Source: Eledone cirrhosa
Taxonomy: Eukaryota
Length of the DNA stretch: 64,000 nucleotides
Assembly: GCA_964016885.1 (NCBI GenBank)
Contig: OZ024750.1
Span: forward strand, 992,001 to 1,056,000
Direction: 5' to 3'
Below, one piece after another: positions 60,103-64,000 of the stretch; position 1 is the first letter of the stretch, and every line of letters begins with the position of its first letter. Below the pieces are notes generated by a model that did no database searches, had not been told where the DNA came from, and was given only the letters and a program-made list of their open reading frames with translations. The translations under genes and the position numbers were made by a program.

Positions 60103-60694
60103 CAAGACAGAGACAAACGCAGGTAAGTAGGAAATGCTACTACACAGAACCCTGACATAAACTCTAAGTTCGATGTTGATGTTTTGTTTCACAAATTATA
60201 ACGAAATGAATTCTTTTCCGCTTTAATCTTTGTTAAAAAGAATACAGAAAAAAACAACAACAATAAAAAAAAAAAGAAACAAAATTGATAAATGGATTGA
60301 AACGGAGGAAATTCAACTAAGGCATGAGCCGTGAGGTATTCTAAAATTGGATATTAATATATTTCTTGCAAAGAACTATAAACTTAATTTACTGAACCAA
60401 CACAACAATTTTAATCTAAATCCTCTTCCGAATAAAATGAATGGGTACGCACTTACTTCTCGACAAAATCACACAGAAGTTCACAGAGATTTACAGAGAT
60501 ACTATAGCATTGACAGAACCACATATAAAAATATAAAATCTTTCTCTCGGAGAAATATATAATCAAGGATGCGATATGTTTGAGATAATTTGATTCTTAA
60601 TTTTAGTTTCAGTTGACTTTTCACTTGTGGAATGATTGGGTAAAATTGACATTCTTTCCTTTTGTCACTCCCTTTCTTTCTCTCCTTTTCTCTC

Positions 60695-60758
60695 TTTCTC
60701 TTGAGAAGTATATATAGATTATATATATATATATTCAATCACACACACGCACACACAT

Positions 60759-60790
<32 letters not shown>

Positions 60791-60825
60791 GTAATATCTA
60801 ATCTATATATACTTCTCAAGAGAAA
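60695..60825. repeat. 27-bp perfect inverted repeat around a TA/CA microsatellite
   Basis: tttctcttgagaagtatatatagatta ... taatctatatatacttctcaagagaaa. Confidence 0.9.
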
Positions 60826-61287
60826 TGTTATCCTGTTATTATGACTTCAAAAATAATATCCAGATTTTTCTTGTATATTTCCACAAAGAGTGTAATTCTA
60901 TTGATTTTTTTTGTCTGATATTTAGTTATCACAGATGAAGATCATTATTATTTGTTCTTTGTTAAGAATAGTTAAAAATCTAGGTTTGTCTTTATTGATT
61001 TCTTTTACTAGGTACAAAGGCACTAAACTTTAGTTGAAAGGATTGGAAAAATGTGATCATCCATGTTTTCATTGGAAGAATTAGCAGCATAAGTTAACTA
61101 AATTGGATTCATTTTAAAATCGAAACCGCGTGGCATATTAACATTTTTGTTACTGCTATAAAGTAATGTCGGTATGTATGGACCCGTAACATCTGGTGGA
61201 GTCGTGGTCTGTCGTAGTAACATATGGCGTTTCTTGTGCATTTTAAACCAGGCGAAGCCTATCCCACTTCAGGTTTGAGCACAACAG

Positions 61288-61661
<374 letters not shown>

Positions 61662-61719
61662 TGTGATATGATCCTGATCTATAGTAATAATTTCTTACAT
61701 AGGAGTCAGGACTCAAGTT

Positions 61720-61910
61720 TAGTGGAAGCGAACAGTCGATTGTGTCGACACTAATACTTGACTGGTACTTTATTCTATCGTTGATACTGGTGTGACAAAA
61801 GGCAAAGTTGACCCTGGTGGGTCTGAGCTCAGAACGTAAAGACGTAGAACAGATACTGCAAGGCATTTTGTCTTTCAGACGTGCTAACGATTTTGTCAGT
61901 CCATCGCTTT
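61720..61910 (-). mobile_element. old diverged SINE A-related copy
   Basis: gactggtactttatt..aaaggcaaagttgacc..ctcagaacgtaaag. Confidence 0.7.
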
Positions 61911-63299
61911 TGTGTCAACCTCAGTATCTATCTTGCCATATTCAGTTCAAGGTCGAATACATCTAACTGGAAGGAAGAAATATATCGAAGTGAATGTTTG
62001 AAGGAGTTGCTGACACGTTAAACCCGATCTATTTAAACGTTGTTATTTGTTGCCTCGCTTGCATCGGAAGACAAGAAGCCAAATTGTTTGTGACAAGATT
62101 ATGAACAACTGAGCCTTAGGTTTGTGGCTTACACCTTATTTATTGATTTTGCCTTTTACAATTTTCTCTAATACATATTTGGCTCTAAACAAAATGATGA
62201 AAATATTAAATAGATAAATTTAGTAGTTTTGCTGTATAGGAAATCGTGCGTTAAAACCTATTTATCACATACATAAAGAAATGGATTGACACTGTGGTTA
62301 TTAAAGTTACAAATGTAATAGATTAGATATAAACTCCTTAAGACCTAAAACAGTATGAGAAAATTTACATGACAAAAAAACTATATTTATGAAAAATATA
62401 GAAGTTAGACTCATTTGCTTTTTGTATGATGTTAAATTCAACTTTCAGCTTCAACTAGAATGAAAGAAGATGGAGATATTAATAATGTATTAAATAGAAT
62501 GATGAAAGCAGTTATACTCAGATTAGTGTCACAACTTAACGGTTTAATCTGAAATGAATTCCATGTATATGGAGGGAGTTGTAGATGTTTACCTAAGACA
62601 AATTCTATGGTGATGTACCCGTTTATTTTGCCATACAGCTGCTATTTAACCGCGTAGTTTCAGTGATAAGGCCGTTATTTATCTGATTAATGAGACCTAT
62701 ATCTGCTTAATTTATTCTGTGGAGTTATTTGCTTGGTTAAGTCTCACAGTTCTGAAGTATCCACTCAATTATAGTAGCTTTACGACTACATTATTCAGCG
62801 TTAAATGCATAGAGTGAATAGTATTAATGCCATTAGATGCTAACTAGAAGTAAGAGGTTTTGACAGCTGACAAATTGTTTAAAAGTACACTAGCCGCATC
62901 ATACTGAAATTAAGCAGATCAATGAATCAATCAGCAATTCTCACACTACTTCATGTTGGCTGTTTTTTGAACATTGATCCACACAGTATGTTACGAAGAC
63001 ATTAGTTTTGTACACGGCAGCGACGAGTTACGTTGATGTCCTCTTCAGAGAGTGTTTATCTATTGAATTAGTATCACAACAGAGAGCTATTGTAGGTCTG
63101 GTGTCGTTATTGTGGGTGGTCTGGTGTTGTTACTGTGGCTGGCCTGTTGTCGTTGCTGTTGTTAGTCTGTTGTCAATGTTGTTGTTCGTCTGTTGTGCCT
63201 GTTGTTGCTGGTTTTTAGCCCTAGATCAGCCTTGATTGAGCAAGCCTTTTTATAAAGTGGTTTCCGAACGAGACCTTTGCTTTTCAGGTACCAGTCTAC

Positions 63300-63470
63300 T
63301 AATAATGGTTTTTGATTTAGGTACAAGTCCAACAATTATTTTTTGAGAGTGGGGAAAGTCGATTAAATCGACCCCAGTGCATTACTGGTACTTTATTTTA
63401 TCGACTCCCGTAAGGATGAATGCCAAAACAAAACTTGGCGGTATTTGAACTACTGCCAATCCACCACCCT
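63300..63470 (-). mobile_element. SINE family A with internal deletion
   Basis: gtcgattaaatcgaccccagtgcattactggtactttatt..tttgaac/tactgccaatccacc. Confidence 0.82.
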
Positions 63471-64000
63471 ATCATTCTAATATTGGCACAAGGACAGCAA
63501 TCTTTTGGGGGGGGGGGGGAGGAGAAGTCAATAATATTGTTCCCAGTACTTGACTGGTACGTTTCTTGGTGGTCACTGGAATAATGTTTAAGTTAAATAC
63601 AGAAAAAAAAATGATATTTTGGATGTGACTCCTGGTATGTGTAGTTAAGCTATATTGTAGGAATCGAACACGCCTTTACATTGCTTCCGTAAATCATTAA
63701 ACTTCAATGACAAAGCCATTTGCCACAGCAAAGTAAAGATTTTTCCAAGTTTTCTTTCATAATAAATAAATCAATTACAAGAAAATAATTAAAAAGAAAA
63801 AAAATTATTAAAAGCCTATTGAACGTTTCTCACGCTCTCCGGGATTCTTCAGAATACAGTTCAATAGTGATTCGCTAAATATAGAATAAATACATAAATA
63901 GACACATACTTATATATATACACACCCATCCACCACACCTCACATTCCCTACATACACCCCCTACTCAGAGAGTTTACAAAGAAGGGTTTTTTCTTTATT

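Overview
Eukaryotic, AT-rich, microsatellite-saturated DNA, probably intronic or intergenic. The repeat families resemble those of octopod cephalopods; this is an inference and no search was run. Almost all ORFs in the supplied track are translations of simple repeats. No confidently identifiable host gene is present; the only candidate is one polyQ exon on the minus strand at 4610-4910. The window holds about 17 copies or fragments of a tRNA-headed SINE, several CORE-like SINE fragments, 3' ends of RTE/Rex3-like and L1/Tx1-like LINEs, Tc1/mariner and hAT MITEs, and many minisatellites. Three patterns stand out. (1) Satellite arrays appear to have arisen by tandem amplification of a retroelement's 5'-most segment: about 48 x 45 bp of SINE head with higher-order structure inside a single apparent TSD, and about 27 x 15 bp of a LINE's LQVEP codons at its truncation point. 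(2) At least three unrelated short elements embedded in (TA)n carry hammerhead-ribozyme-like motifs (Penelope/retrozyme-like) and fold back into palindromes at or next to the ribozyme. (3) There are several long, near-perfect fold-back inversions centred on microsatellites. Coordinates were read by eye, and repeat boundaries may be off by a few bases.
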